Positions 29,416 through 39,107 of a stretch of 53,746 nucleotides of DNA are shown in pieces. Source of the stretch: Candidatus Microgenomates bacterium (lineage in GTDB: Bacteria > Patescibacteriota > Microgenomatia > Levybacterales > UBA12049). Location of the stretch: assembly GCA_025451755.1 (NCBI GenBank), contig JANWJT010000017.1, forward strand, positions 82,147 to 135,892, in the 5' to 3' direction. Every line of letters begins with the position of its first letter. The stretch's first letter is position 1. A program made the translations under genes and the position numbers. The notes beneath the pieces are model-generated. The model searched no databases, had not been told where the DNA came from, and was given only the letters and a program-made list of their open reading frames with translations.

Positions 29416-31737
29416 ATGGAAAAAACCCAAGTTAAATTAGAACTCGCAGGTAAAACCCTCACTCTCGAAACGGGACAACTTGCTTTCCAGGCAACAGCAG
29501 CTGTTTTAGCGCGTCTTGGAGATACAGTAATTTTAGCTACAGTTGTTGAAGGTGGTAAATCAGATTTGGATTATTTTCCATTGTCGGTTGAATATGGAGA
29601 AAGACTTTATGCAGGGGGGAAAATTAAAGGGTCTCGCTGGGTTAAGCGTGAAGGACAGCCTTCAGATGATGCAATTCTTGCAGGGCGTTTAATAGACAGA
29701 TCAGTTCGTCCTCTTTTTCCAAAAAGCTTTAAAAATAATGTTCAAGTTATTGTAACTGTTTTGTCAGTTGATGGTGAAAATCAAGCAGATGTCCTTTCCT
29801 TAAATGCTGTTTCAGCGGCACTGGCTATTTCAAAAATTCCATGGAATGGACCAATTGGCGGAATCAGAATCGGTTACAATAATGCTCTGGAAGGAAAAAA
29901 ATCAGGTTTTATAATTAACCCAACACTTAGTGAAACAGCAGCTTCAGAGCTAGATATAGTTGTTTCTCAGTCAAAAGATAAAACAAATATGATAGAAGCC
30001 GGAGCTTCCCAAGTTTCGGAAACTATTTTAGCCGAAGCAATTGAAGTGGCGCATAAAGAAACTTCAAAGATTATAAATTTAATCGAAGAATTAGTTAAAA
30101 AAGTTGGAGCGAAAAAATTAGAAGTTCCTTTGGAAAACACACTTGCCGAAGCAAATGTTCTTATAGAAAAATCATATAAGGCAGAAATTAAAGCTCTTAT
30201 TGAATTAAGAGTTGGTAAAGAAGGCGGAGGTAATGAAACAGCAGATTTGATTACAAAAATTGCAGACGATAATAAAGTAGCAAATCCCGAGACAGAGATA
30301 GATAAAAAAACAATTGCAAAAGCAGTTGAGTACGCTATGTTTAAGCTTGTTAGAACAGATGTGATCGAAAAGAAAAAAAGAGCAGACGGAAGAAAAATTG
30401 ATGAAATAAGAGAAATAGTTTCGGAAGTTGGATTACTTCCAAGAACTCATGGATCAGCTCTTTTTCAAAGAGGGATTACGCAAGCTCTATCTATTGTAAC
30501 CCTAGGTTCGCCTCGCATGGAACAGTTGATTGAATCAGCAGAAGGTGAAGAAACAAAGAGATACATCCATCATTATTCAGGACTACCATATTCTTTTGGT
30601 CAAACAGGAAGAGTTGGAAGTCCTTCAAGACGTGAAAAAGGACACGGAGGATTAGCCGAAAAAGCTCTTCTTGATGTAATTCCAAACGAAGATGATTTTC
30701 CATATACAATTAGGGTTGTTTCTGAAGTCTTGTCGCAAAATGGATCAAGTTCAATGGCTGCTGTATCGGGCTCGACCTTGGCTCTTATGGACGCAGGAGT
30801 TCCAATTAAAAAACCAGTTGCCGGTATTTCAATTGGAATGATGTCGGATGGAGATAAGTATGAATTATTAACTGACATTATTGGACTTGAAGATTTTTCA
30901 GGAGACATGGATTTTAAAGTTGCAGGAACAGATGCAGGAGTTACAGCAATCCAGCTTGATGTCAAAATTCCAGGCTTGACTATAAAGCAAGTAAGAGAAG
31001 CTTTAGATAGAGCAAAAGTAGCAAGAATTAAAATTCTTGAATTAATTCATAAGACAATGCCAGAGCCGAGATCAAATCTTTCTATTTATGCACCAAAAAT
31101 TGAAATAGTTAAAATTCCAGTTGAAAAAATCGGAGAACTTATTGGTCCGGGAGGAAAAATAATTAAGAATATTATAGCCTCAACCGGAGCAACTGTTGAT
31201 GTTGAAGATGATGGTTCGGTTGCAATTACGGGAACTACAGAAGAATCGGTAAAAAAAGCAATGGATTGGGTTACTTCCTTAATGCGTGAAGTCAAGCCAG
31301 GTGAAGTTTTTGAAGGAGAAGTAAAAAGAATTCTTCCTTTCGGGGCTTTCGTAGAGGTTCTGCCGGGAAAAGAAGGCATGGTTCATGTTTCTCAAATGGG
31401 ACAAGGATTTGTAAAAAATCCAAATGATGTTGTATCAATAGGACAAAAAGTAAAAGTCAGAGTAGCAGAAATTGATGAACAGGGAAGAATAAATCTGTCA
31501 ATGAAATTTGAATCAGGTTCCGACGAAAAAAGAGAAGATCGTTCTGTTCCTGCCATTCAGAATTCTAGTATCCCGCAATCTAATAGGTCGGAGGATAATC
31601 AAAATTTTCCAAAAAAACCACAACAAGAAGAGCATCCTTTAGCAAGGCAGTTTAAAAGAGAAAGAGCCGAAAAAGAAAATAAAAACAGACAAAATTTTCC
31701 ACAAAGAAGACCCCGTTTTAGAAAAGACAGTTATTAG
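29416..31737 (+). CDS. pnp: Polyribonucleotide nucleotidyltransferase
   Basis: RLIDRSVRPLF, HGSALFQRG, NGSSSMA and GDMDFKVAG motifs; KH and S1 domains. Confidence 0.98.
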   Translation: MEKTQVKLELAGKTLTLETGQLAFQATAAVLARLGDTVILATVVEGGKSDLDYFPLSVEYGERLYAGGKIKGSRWVKREGQPSDDAILAGRLIDRSVRPLFPKSFKNNVQVIVTVLSVDGENQADVLSLNAVSAALAISKIPWNGPIGGIRIGYNNALEGKKSGFIINPTLSETAASELDIVVSQSKDKTNMIEAGASQVSETILAEAIEVAHKETSKIINLIEELVKKVGAKKLEVPLENTLAEANVLIEKSYKAEIKALIELRVGKEGGGNETADLITKIADDNKVANPETEIDKKTIAKAVEYAMFKLVRTDVIEKKKRADGRKIDEIREIVSEVGLLPRTHGSALFQRGITQALSIVTLGSPRMEQLIESAEGEETKRYIHHYSGLPYSFGQTGRVGSPSRREKGHGGLAEKALLDVIPNEDDFPYTIRVVSEVLSQNGSSSMAAVSGSTLALMDAGVPIKKPVAGISIGMMSDGDKYELLTDIIGLEDFSGDMDFKVAGTDAGVTAIQLDVKIPGLTIKQVREALDRAKVARIKILELIHKTMPEPRSNLSIYAPKIEIVKIPVEKIGELIGPGGKIIKNIIASTGATVDVEDDGSVAITGTTEESVKKAMDWVTSLMREVKPGEVFEGEVKRILPFGAFVEVLPGKEGMVHVSQMGQGFVKNPNDVVSIGQKVKVRVAEIDEQGRINLSMKFESGSDEKREDRSVPAIQNSSIPQSNRSEDNQNFPKKPQQEEHPLARQFKRERAEKENKNRQNFPQRRPRFRKDSY

Positions 31738-31783
31738 CTTCTTCTAATTGTTTAAACAGCCTCTATTGTTGTATTATTAATAC

Positions 31784-32854
31784 ATGGATAACTCGTCTGC
31801 CTCGCTGGAGTCTCAAATTCAAAAACTAGATGAAAAAGTAAAAGCTTCCAGTTTGCCCTCAGACCTTTTGGAAAAAATAGAAAGCATGATCAATTTACTT
31901 AGAGCCACTTTAAAAGGAGGAAGTGCGTCATTTATAAATTTTGAAACAGTTTCGAATTATGTAAATTGGATTATCTCTCTTCCTTTCAATAAAGAAACAA
32001 AGGATATTTTAGATCTGCATAATGCAAAAGAAGTCCTGGATAAAAATCATTACGGACTTTTAAGTGTCAAAAATAGAATTTTGGAATACTTATCGTCAAT
32101 TATTTTAATTATGCAAAACGATCCGACAGGAGGAGTAATAAGAGCTCCTATCCTTTGTCTTATAGGTTTGGTTGGAACAGGTAAAACAACACTTGCTTAT
32201 TCTATAGCAGAATCTCTTGGAAGAAAATTTGAAAGAATTCCTTTTGGAGGAATGGGAGATGCAAGGGCAATTCGTGGCCAATCCCGGGCATTTGCAGATG
32301 CAGAACCAGGTGCAATTATTAAAAAGATTGTTCATTCTCAAAGCAAAAATCCGGTTATTCTCCTAGATGAACTAGACAGGGTAACAGAAACAGCAAGAGC
32401 AGATATTATGGGAGTTTTAGTTGAGCTATTGGATCCTGAGCAAAACAAAGCCTTTACCGATCATTACGTTGATTATCCATTTGATCTTTCTCACGTTTTA
32501 TTTATTGCGACTGCAAATAATACCACAAATATTTCAACTGCAGTTTTGGATAGACTTGAAGTTGTTCAAATGCCGTCATATTCGGATGATGAGAAGCTGG
32601 CAATTGCAAAAAGCTACCTTTTTCCAAAAATTCAAAAGCAAACAGGACTTTCCGATAATAAGCTGGCAATTGATGATAGCGCTTGGCCATTTATTATAAG
32701 ACCTTTAGGATTTGATGCAGGAATCAGAAGCTTAGAAAGGACTTTGGAAGGAGTGTGTAGAAAAACTGCAAGACTTATTGTTGAAGGAAAAGTTCCTCAG
32801 GGTTCTTATATTCACATAACATCGGAAAATTATAAACAGTTTTTACCAACCTAA
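31784..32854 (+). CDS. Lon-like AAA+ module without protease domain
   Basis: LDKNHYGL..VKNRILEYL, GLVGTGKT, ILLDELD, LLDPEQN..F.DHY and FDLSHVLFIATAN; ends before the S16 domain. Confidence 0.88.
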   Translation: MDNSSASLESQIQKLDEKVKASSLPSDLLEKIESMINLLRATLKGGSASFINFETVSNYVNWIISLPFNKETKDILDLHNAKEVLDKNHYGLLSVKNRILEYLSSIILIMQNDPTGGVIRAPILCLIGLVGTGKTTLAYSIAESLGRKFERIPFGGMGDARAIRGQSRAFADAEPGAIIKKIVHSQSKNPVILLDELDRVTETARADIMGVLVELLDPEQNKAFTDHYVDYPFDLSHVLFIATANNTTNISTAVLDRLEVVQMPSYSDDEKLAIAKSYLFPKIQKQTGLSDNKLAIDDSAWPFIIRPLGFDAGIRSLERTLEGVCRKTARLIVEGKVPQGSYIHITSENYKQFLPT

Positions 32855-32855
32855 T

Positions 32856-34550
32856 ATGAAAGATCAAATATCGTTTATTCCAATTGGGGGAATTGGCAAT
32901 GTTACAAAAAACATGTATTTATATGAATATAAAGATGAAATTCTCATTATCGATTGCGGTTTAGGCTTTGCAGATGAGACAATGCTTGGAGTAGGCTTAC
33001 TTCTTCCGGATATTTCTTATTTGCTTAATTCAAATCTTTCCTCTTCGGGGGCGACGGGTAAAAAAATAGTTGGAATGGCAATAACTCACGGGCACGAAGA
33101 TCATACAGGAGCGCTTCCGCACATACTTCCTCAGCTTGCAAAAAAAACAGGCTTTTCTTTTCCTATTTTCGCAGGACCGTTAACCGCAGGACTCGCAAAT
33201 GAAAAATTGAATGAATTTGGAATACCAGTTAGGGTAAAAGCAGTAAATTATGAAGATGGAGAAATAAAATTGGGAAGTTTTACGATTTCTTTTATAAGAG
33301 TTACTCACTCAATTCCCGACAGTTCTCATATCTTTATAAAAACTCCAGTTGGGAATTTTTATCATGGGAGTGATTTTAAATTTGATCTAACACCCTTTGA
33401 TGATAAAAAGACTGACTTTCTAAAAATTGCAAAAGTAGCAAATGAAGGAATTCTTTGTCTTGCCTCAGATTGTCTTAGGGCAGAGAAAGAAGGATTTACA
33501 AAATCAGAAAAAGTTTTAGCAGAGAACATAGAAGAACAAATGAGAAGCTGTGAGGGAAAGTTTATATTGACTACTTATTCTTCTAATATTTCAAGACTTA
33601 ATCAGGCAATACAAGCCGCGCAAAAGTTGGGGAGAAAAGTTGTTTTTGTAGGCAGATCTTTGGTAAATACAGCAACTATTGCCCAAAAATTAGGCTATAT
33701 GAAACTTAATCCTGGCATGGAAATTGGAGTAAATGAAATTAAAAGATATAAAGATTCCAATCTTTTACTTCTTGTTGCTGGCAGTCAGGCTCAAGCAAAT
33801 TCCGCACTTTCCAGAATTGCAAACGGAGATCATAAGGAAATTTCTATTTCTCCAAAAGATGTTGTTATATTCTCTGCGGATCCAATTCCAGGTAATGAAG
33901 TATCAATAAATTCTTTAATAGACAGCATTGCAAAAAGAGGAGCTAGAGTTGTTTATTCTCAAATAACAGATGATTTTCATGTTTCAGGGCATGCGTCAGC
34001 CGATGACCTCATGCTTCTTATGGAGATGACCCATCCTAAAAAACTTATCCCAATAGGAGGAACATACAGGCAAATGGTTGCTTATAAAAATTTAGCAAAA
34101 AGACAAGGTTTTCAAGACAAAGATATATTGTTAATCGAAAATGGACAGGAGATTGTATTTTCAAAAGACGATGCAGTAATGGGAAGAAAAATTCCTATTA
34201 AAAACATATTTGTCGATGAGATCTCAGGAGAAGAAGTCGAAAGCTTTGTTTTACAAGATAGGCAGAAAATATCAAAAGACGGAGTAATAATTGTAGTTGC
34301 GGAAGTTGATTCGCAAACAGGCCAAATAGTTGATTACCCAACTATAATCTCGCGAGGCTTAGCCGATCAAGAAAATAGAACTGCCAATAAAAAAGTAGCA
34401 AAAGATATTAGAGACGGTTTTAGTGCAAAAAAGGGTCGGGTAACAGACTGGATGTATATAAGAAAAAAAGTTGGAGAAATCGGAGAACGCTCAATTCTTA
34501 AATATCTTCGCCGACGTCCCCTTGTATTACCGGTTATCATAGAGGTCTGA
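32856..34550 (+). CDS. rnj: Ribonuclease J
   Basis: THGHEDHTG, HSIPD, DFKFD, PIPGNE and HVSGHA motifs. Confidence 0.96.
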   Translation: MKDQISFIPIGGIGNVTKNMYLYEYKDEILIIDCGLGFADETMLGVGLLLPDISYLLNSNLSSSGATGKKIVGMAITHGHEDHTGALPHILPQLAKKTGFSFPIFAGPLTAGLANEKLNEFGIPVRVKAVNYEDGEIKLGSFTISFIRVTHSIPDSSHIFIKTPVGNFYHGSDFKFDLTPFDDKKTDFLKIAKVANEGILCLASDCLRAEKEGFTKSEKVLAENIEEQMRSCEGKFILTTYSSNISRLNQAIQAAQKLGRKVVFVGRSLVNTATIAQKLGYMKLNPGMEIGVNEIKRYKDSNLLLLVAGSQAQANSALSRIANGDHKEISISPKDVVIFSADPIPGNEVSINSLIDSIAKRGARVVYSQITDDFHVSGHASADDLMLLMEMTHPKKLIPIGGTYRQMVAYKNLAKRQGFQDKDILLIENGQEIVFSKDDAVMGRKIPIKNIFVDEISGEEVESFVLQDRQKISKDGVIIVVAEVDSQTGQIVDYPTIISRGLADQENRTANKKVAKDIRDGFSAKKGRVTDWMYIRKKVGEIGERSILKYLRRRPLVLPVIIEV

Positions 34551-34568
34551 GGGTATATAATATATAAA

Positions 34569-36680
34569 ATGGCAAGAAAAAAACATTACAGAAGACAAAA
34601 ATTTAAATTAAAACTTAAAAAGAATACAATTTATTCAATTTTTTCTTTTGGGCTTATTATTTCAGGACTTATTCTTCTTCTCTCTTTTTCGAAAAGCCAA
34701 CCTTCTTTTGTATTAATAAATCAGTATCTAGATAAATATTTTGGTTTAATATCGATATTATTTCCCATTACTCTTATTCTCTTAGGTTTTTTATTTTTAA
34801 AACTTAAGTTTTTTCTTTCGCGTCCAAATGTTTCCATAGGTTTTCTTCTGCTTTTTCTTTCCTTGGGCGCCCTCTTAAAAAGTGGTGTAATTGGAGAATA
34901 TCTTTTTAAAGCCTTAGCAGATGTATTAACTGGAGCTGGAGCAAATTTGGTTTATCTAGCCGGTATTTTTATAGGAATAATAGTATTTTTTGATACTTCA
35001 ATTGATGAGCTTATTTCGGCAATAGGTTTTGTAATAGAAGTTATTAAAAGACTTTTTCCTTCAAAGCTTTTCTCATTCTTTAAAAATAAAAAGCCAGAAT
35101 TAAAAGATAAAGAAATGAAAATAAAAGGCGGAGTGAGAGATTTTTCGGGTCTATCCAATAAAGAAATGACAGTATCCTCTCCTGTTATTAAAAAAGAATC
35201 TCCTCTTCTTTCCAATGAATTAGTAAGTAATCCGACGGCAGCAGGTTTAGTTTGGGAATATCCACCTTTTTCACTTCTTTCGGATGCTTCATCGCAAAAA
35301 GCAGATAGGGGAGATATAAAAAAGGTTGCATCGGTTATTGAAAGCACTCTTCAAAGTTTTGGAATAGGTGCTAAGGTTCTTGAGGTTAACTTAGGACCTG
35401 CAGTAACGCAATATGCACTGGAGATTGCACTAGGGACTAAAGTTTCTAAGATAACGTCTTTAGTTAATGATTTAGCCTTGGCAACAGAAGCTCCAACCGG
35501 ACAAATTAGGATAGAAGCTCCGATTCCGGGAAGAAATCTAATAGGAATAGAAATACCAAACAGAAGTCTTGAAGTTGTAACCTTAAAAACAATGCTTGAG
35601 TCAGAAATTATGCGAAAGAATAAGTCAAAGCTCACAGTTTCCCTGGGCCTTGATGTCTCTGGTAATCCGGTTGTTGCCGATATTGCAAGAATGCCTCACG
35701 TACTCGTTGCCGGAACAACAGGATCCGGAAAATCAGTTCTTGTAAATTCTTTTATTTCGTCTCTCCTTTTTAGAGCCGCACCTTCTGAGGTAAGGCTTAT
35801 TCTTATAGATCCAAAAAGAGTAGAGCTTACCGGTTACAACGGAATTCCCCATCTTATGACACCTGTTATTGTAGAAGTTGAAAAGATTTTGGCATCGCTT
35901 AAGTGGGCTATGGATGAAATGGACAGAAGGTATAAAAAATTTGCAGAAAACAGTGTTAGAAATATCGATTCTTTTAACGAACTGGCTGGTTTTCAATCCC
36001 TTCCATATATTGTTATTTTTATCGATGAACTCGCAGATCTTATGGCTTTTGCTCCGGTTGAAGTTGAAGATGCAATTGCCCGACTTGCCCAAATGGCAAG
36101 AGCAACAGGAATTCATTTAGTTGTTTCAACACAAAGACCTTCAGTTGATGTTATAACAGGACTTATTAAGGCAAATATTCCATGCAGAATTGCCTTTAAT
36201 GTTTCTTCTATGGTTGATTCAAGAGTAATTATAGATACTCCGGGAGCTGAGAAGCTTTTAGGACGGGGAGACATGCTCTACACTCCACCCGATCAGGCAA
36301 AACCGACTCGTATTCAGGGAGCATTCGTTTCGGACAAGGAAGTTAAAAAATTAGTTGACTATCTTAAAGAAAAAGGTCCACCAGTTGAATATACAGAAGA
36401 GGTTACGCAAACGCCCCTTGTTACAAAAAAAGGAGGAGCGCAATATGGTTCGGATGCAAGAGATGGACTCTTTGAAGAAGCAATAAGAACCGTTTGTCAG
36501 CACGATAGAGCTTCTGCGTCGCTTCTTCAGAGGCGTCTGTCTATTGGGTACTCAAGAGCAGCCCGAATTCTGGATCAGCTTGAAGAAGCAGGAATAGTAG
36601 GACATGCTGAAGGATCAAAACCAAGAGACGTTTTGGTTAGAAATGCCGATGAGATTATCAATAGTCTCAATGGACAATAA
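34569..36680 (+). CDS. ftsK: DNA translocase FtsK/SpoIIIE
   Basis: N-terminal TMs, GTTGSGKS, IDELADLM, TQRPSVDV and gamma domain LQRRLSIGYSRAAR. Confidence 0.97.
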   Translation: MARKKHYRRQKFKLKLKKNTIYSIFSFGLIISGLILLLSFSKSQPSFVLINQYLDKYFGLISILFPITLILLGFLFLKLKFFLSRPNVSIGFLLLFLSLGALLKSGVIGEYLFKALADVLTGAGANLVYLAGIFIGIIVFFDTSIDELISAIGFVIEVIKRLFPSKLFSFFKNKKPELKDKEMKIKGGVRDFSGLSNKEMTVSSPVIKKESPLLSNELVSNPTAAGLVWEYPPFSLLSDASSQKADRGDIKKVASVIESTLQSFGIGAKVLEVNLGPAVTQYALEIALGTKVSKITSLVNDLALATEAPTGQIRIEAPIPGRNLIGIEIPNRSLEVVTLKTMLESEIMRKNKSKLTVSLGLDVSGNPVVADIARMPHVLVAGTTGSGKSVLVNSFISSLLFRAAPSEVRLILIDPKRVELTGYNGIPHLMTPVIVEVEKILASLKWAMDEMDRRYKKFAENSVRNIDSFNELAGFQSLPYIVIFIDELADLMAFAPVEVEDAIARLAQMARATGIHLVVSTQRPSVDVITGLIKANIPCRIAFNVSSMVDSRVIIDTPGAEKLLGRGDMLYTPPDQAKPTRIQGAFVSDKEVKKLVDYLKEKGPPVEYTEEVTQTPLVTKKGGAQYGSDARDGLFEEAIRTVCQHDRASASLLQRRLSIGYSRAARILDQLEEAGIVGHAEGSKPRDVLVRNADEIINSLNGQ

Positions 36681-36682
36681 CA

Positions 36683-37315
36683 ATGATAAGAGCGGGGCAA
36701 AAACTAAGAGACGAACGAAAAAGTCGTGGGCTTTCCATTTCGGAAGTTTCAAATGCTACAAAAATTAGAACAGAATTTTTAGAAGCAATAGAAAAAGGGG
36801 AATACGAAAAGCTTCCATCGCCTTCTTATGCTCATGGTTTTGTCAGAAATTATAGTAGATTTTTAAAGATTCCGGAAAAAGAAATACTGCCACTTTTTAG
36901 ACGAGAATTTGATGCAGAAAAAGTTTATAAAGTTTTGCCTGAGGGCTTGGTTAGGCAAAAAGAGGTACCGCTTAAAAAATTTAAAATAAAACAGGCAGTA
37001 ACTCTTACTGCTTTCCTTTTTATATTCCTTTTGGGATTTTTAGTTTTTCAATATAGATACGCTTTCGTAAATCCCCCGATTACATTAAACAGTCCATTAG
37101 AAATGGCAGTTTTATCGTCCTCAACAATTTTGGTTTTGGGAAAAACAGATCCTAATTCGACAATTACAGTTAATGATGAACCTGTTTCGGTAAATCAGGA
37201 TGGAGGTTTTAGAAAAGAAATCACAGGATTTTCCGGAAAAACTACAATAACCGTAAAGGCAGTCAATCGCTTTGGCAAACAAACTATTCTCACACGCCAC
37301 GTTGTAATAAAATAA
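36683..37315 (+). CDS. RodZ-like HTH-TM protein with C-terminal Ig-like domain
   Basis: GQKLRDER...LEAIEKG..LPSPSYAHGFVRNY, then a TM and a beta-sandwich; follows ftsK. Confidence 0.8.
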   Translation: MIRAGQKLRDERKSRGLSISEVSNATKIRTEFLEAIEKGEYEKLPSPSYAHGFVRNYSRFLKIPEKEILPLFRREFDAEKVYKVLPEGLVRQKEVPLKKFKIKQAVTLTAFLFIFLLGFLVFQYRYAFVNPPITLNSPLEMAVLSSSTILVLGKTDPNSTITVNDEPVSVNQDGGFRKEITGFSGKTTITVKAVNRFGKQTILTRHVVIK

Positions 37316-37361
37316 AATCGTTTGTTATATATAGTTACGGTTGACCCCGATTTGATCGGGG

Positions 37362-37390
37362 TTGACAGTAAATTATTCTAATGCTACTCT
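37362..37390 (+). promoter_or_regulatory. Sigma70-type promoter
   Basis: TTGACA, 17-nt spacer, extended TG, TACTCT, 9 nt before ATG 37400. Confidence 0.7.
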
Positions 37391-37399
37391 TAATAGACT

Positions 37400-37687
37400 A
37401 TGATAGATCCTGCCCAGACAGCATTGTTTTTAGTAATAATAGTTTTAACTATTCTTCTTTTGGTTTTGGGTATTCAGGTATTTTTTATCCTCAAAGAGTT
37501 AAGACAGACTATTAATAAAGCAAATAAGGTTTTGGATGACACAGGTGTTATAACAGAAAGCGTCTCCGGTCCAATTTCAAACCTTTCAAGTTTAGCAACG
37601 GGAATTAAAGCCGGTTCTGCTATTGCACAACTTTTTAAAAAGAAAACCACACCATCTGGTAGGAGAGAATCAAGAGGAGACGAATAA
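37400..37687 (+). CDS. DUF948/YoxC-like membrane protein
   Basis: Single TM followed by a coiled coil; precedes a YtxH-like gene. Confidence 0.6.
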   Translation: MIDPAQTALFLVIIVLTILLLVLGIQVFFILKELRQTINKANKVLDDTGVITESVSGPISNLSSLATGIKAGSAIAQLFKKKTTPSGRRESRGDE

Positions 37688-37688
37688 A

Positions 37689-38012
37689 GTGAATAACAAC
37701 AACGGAAGTAAATTTTTTGATGGATTATTATGGGGAGCAATCCTGGGCGGAGGTCTTGTTTTCTTGCTTGGAACAAAAAAAGGGAAGAAAATTTTAAAGA
37801 TGATTACCGAAGAAGGCGTCGAAGGACTTTCGGAAATTTTAGAAGCTCAAATGGGCAGGGAAGATCTGGGAGAAGATGAAGAAGATATCGACGAGGTTAT
37901 AGAAAGACCATCTATGAGTGGAAACGGGGTCTCTAAAGATCCGCAATCAAAAGAGCCTGAAGAAGAAATAAAATCAGTCCGCAAAAGATTCTTCCGAAGA
38001 AAAACTTCCTAA
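37689..38012 (+). CDS. YtxH-like protein
   Basis: GTG start; FFDGLLWGAILGGGLVFLLGTKKGKK motif. Confidence 0.65.
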   Translation: MNNNNGSKFFDGLLWGAILGGGLVFLLGTKKGKKILKMITEEGVEGLSEILEAQMGREDLGEDEEDIDEVIERPSMSGNGVSKDPQSKEPEEEIKSVRKRFFRRKTS

Positions 38013-38019
38013 AATAGTC

Positions 38020-38150
38020 CTTCAAATGGGCGCTGAGGTCGCTCACAAAATTTTCATGCTCACAACGCGGGTAACTCTAATTAATAAAAATGACAGATGG
38101 CGCAAATATGATCAATGAAAATTTTGCAATCTTCCTGCGCCGTTTAGAAG
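38020..38150. repeat. About 130-nt imperfect inverted-repeat element (MITE-like or structured RNA)
   Basis: CTTCAAATGGGCGC...CAAAATTTTCAT pairs with ATGAAAATTTTG...GCGCCGTTTAGAAG. Confidence 0.6.
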
Positions 38151-39107
38151 CTAGAGGCCGTATTTTTGAATATTTGCGTTATGTCCTTCTAAGTCCTCTG
38201 AATATCTATTAACACCATTTCTATCGGTAATGTAATAAAGATAAGAAGTTTTTGCAGGACTGATTGTAGCCCTTAAGCTTTCAAGACCGGGATTACTTAT
38301 GGGAGCAGGAGGAAGTCCAGCTACTCTATAAGTATTATATGGAGATTGAAGGAGCTTATCGATGTTAGTCAGAGATCTTTTCCACCACCTTTTTTCGTTT
38401 GCTTGATACCCTAGGGCATACTGAATTGTTGCATCTATATCAAGCTTCATGCCAAGATTCAATCTGTTTGTTATCACACTTGCTACAAGCGGTCTATCCA
38501 CGTCATGACGCGCTTCTCTTTCAATTAGGGATGCAATAGTAACAATTTCTGATTGAGAAAACTTAGATTTTGATGTGTCTAACGTGGAATATTTTTTGTT
38601 GAAATTATTTCTAAGTATATTTATGATCATATTTACGTCGGCGTCTCTTGGTATAAGGTAAGTGTCTGGAAACAAATACCCCTCATTCTTTTGGAGCTCT
38701 GTTTGCCAGTAATCTTGGTAAGTAGGCATTTTATCTTTTAGTATCTTTGCTATTTCAGAGGCCCTTAGTCCTTCCGGAATTGTTGTCCAAATATCCAATG
38801 TTCCATGCTCCAGATCTTCTATGATTTCATACACGTTCATAGAAGGGTTTAGTCTAAAGTCACCAGCTTGAATTGTTTTATCCACCCCCATTTTTTTGGT
38901 TAGTAAAAAAAATACTATTGGGTCGCGAATTAAACCCTGACCTTTAAGATTGTTAGCGATTTCTCTTACGCCTTCTCCTTTTGAAACTACGAAAATTTGA
39001 GGACTGCTATTTGCGGAATCTTGCGCACGGCTTCCGTTTTTCCACCATATAATAGTCGAACCGGCAAACAAAACGAGTACTGCAAAAAAAATAATAAATC
39101 TCTTCAT
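38151..39107 (-). CDS. mltG: Endolytic transglycosylase MltG
   Basis: TIPEG, EGYLFPDTY, ASLIERE, SPYNTY and GLPPAPISNPG motifs. Confidence 0.96.
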   Translation of the reverse strand: MKRFIIFFAVLVLFAGSTIIWWKNGSRAQDSANSSPQIFVVSKGEGVREIANNLKGQGLIRDPIVFFLLTKKMGVDKTIQAGDFRLNPSMNVYEIIEDLEHGTLDIWTTIPEGLRASEIAKILKDKMPTYQDYWQTELQKNEGYLFPDTYLIPRDADVNMIINILRNNFNKKYSTLDTSKSKFSQSEIVTIASLIEREARHDVDRPLVASVITNRLNLGMKLDIDATIQYALGYQANEKRWWKRSLTNIDKLLQSPYNTYRVAGLPPAPISNPGLESLRATISPAKTSYLYYITDRNGVNRYSEDLEGHNANIQKYGL

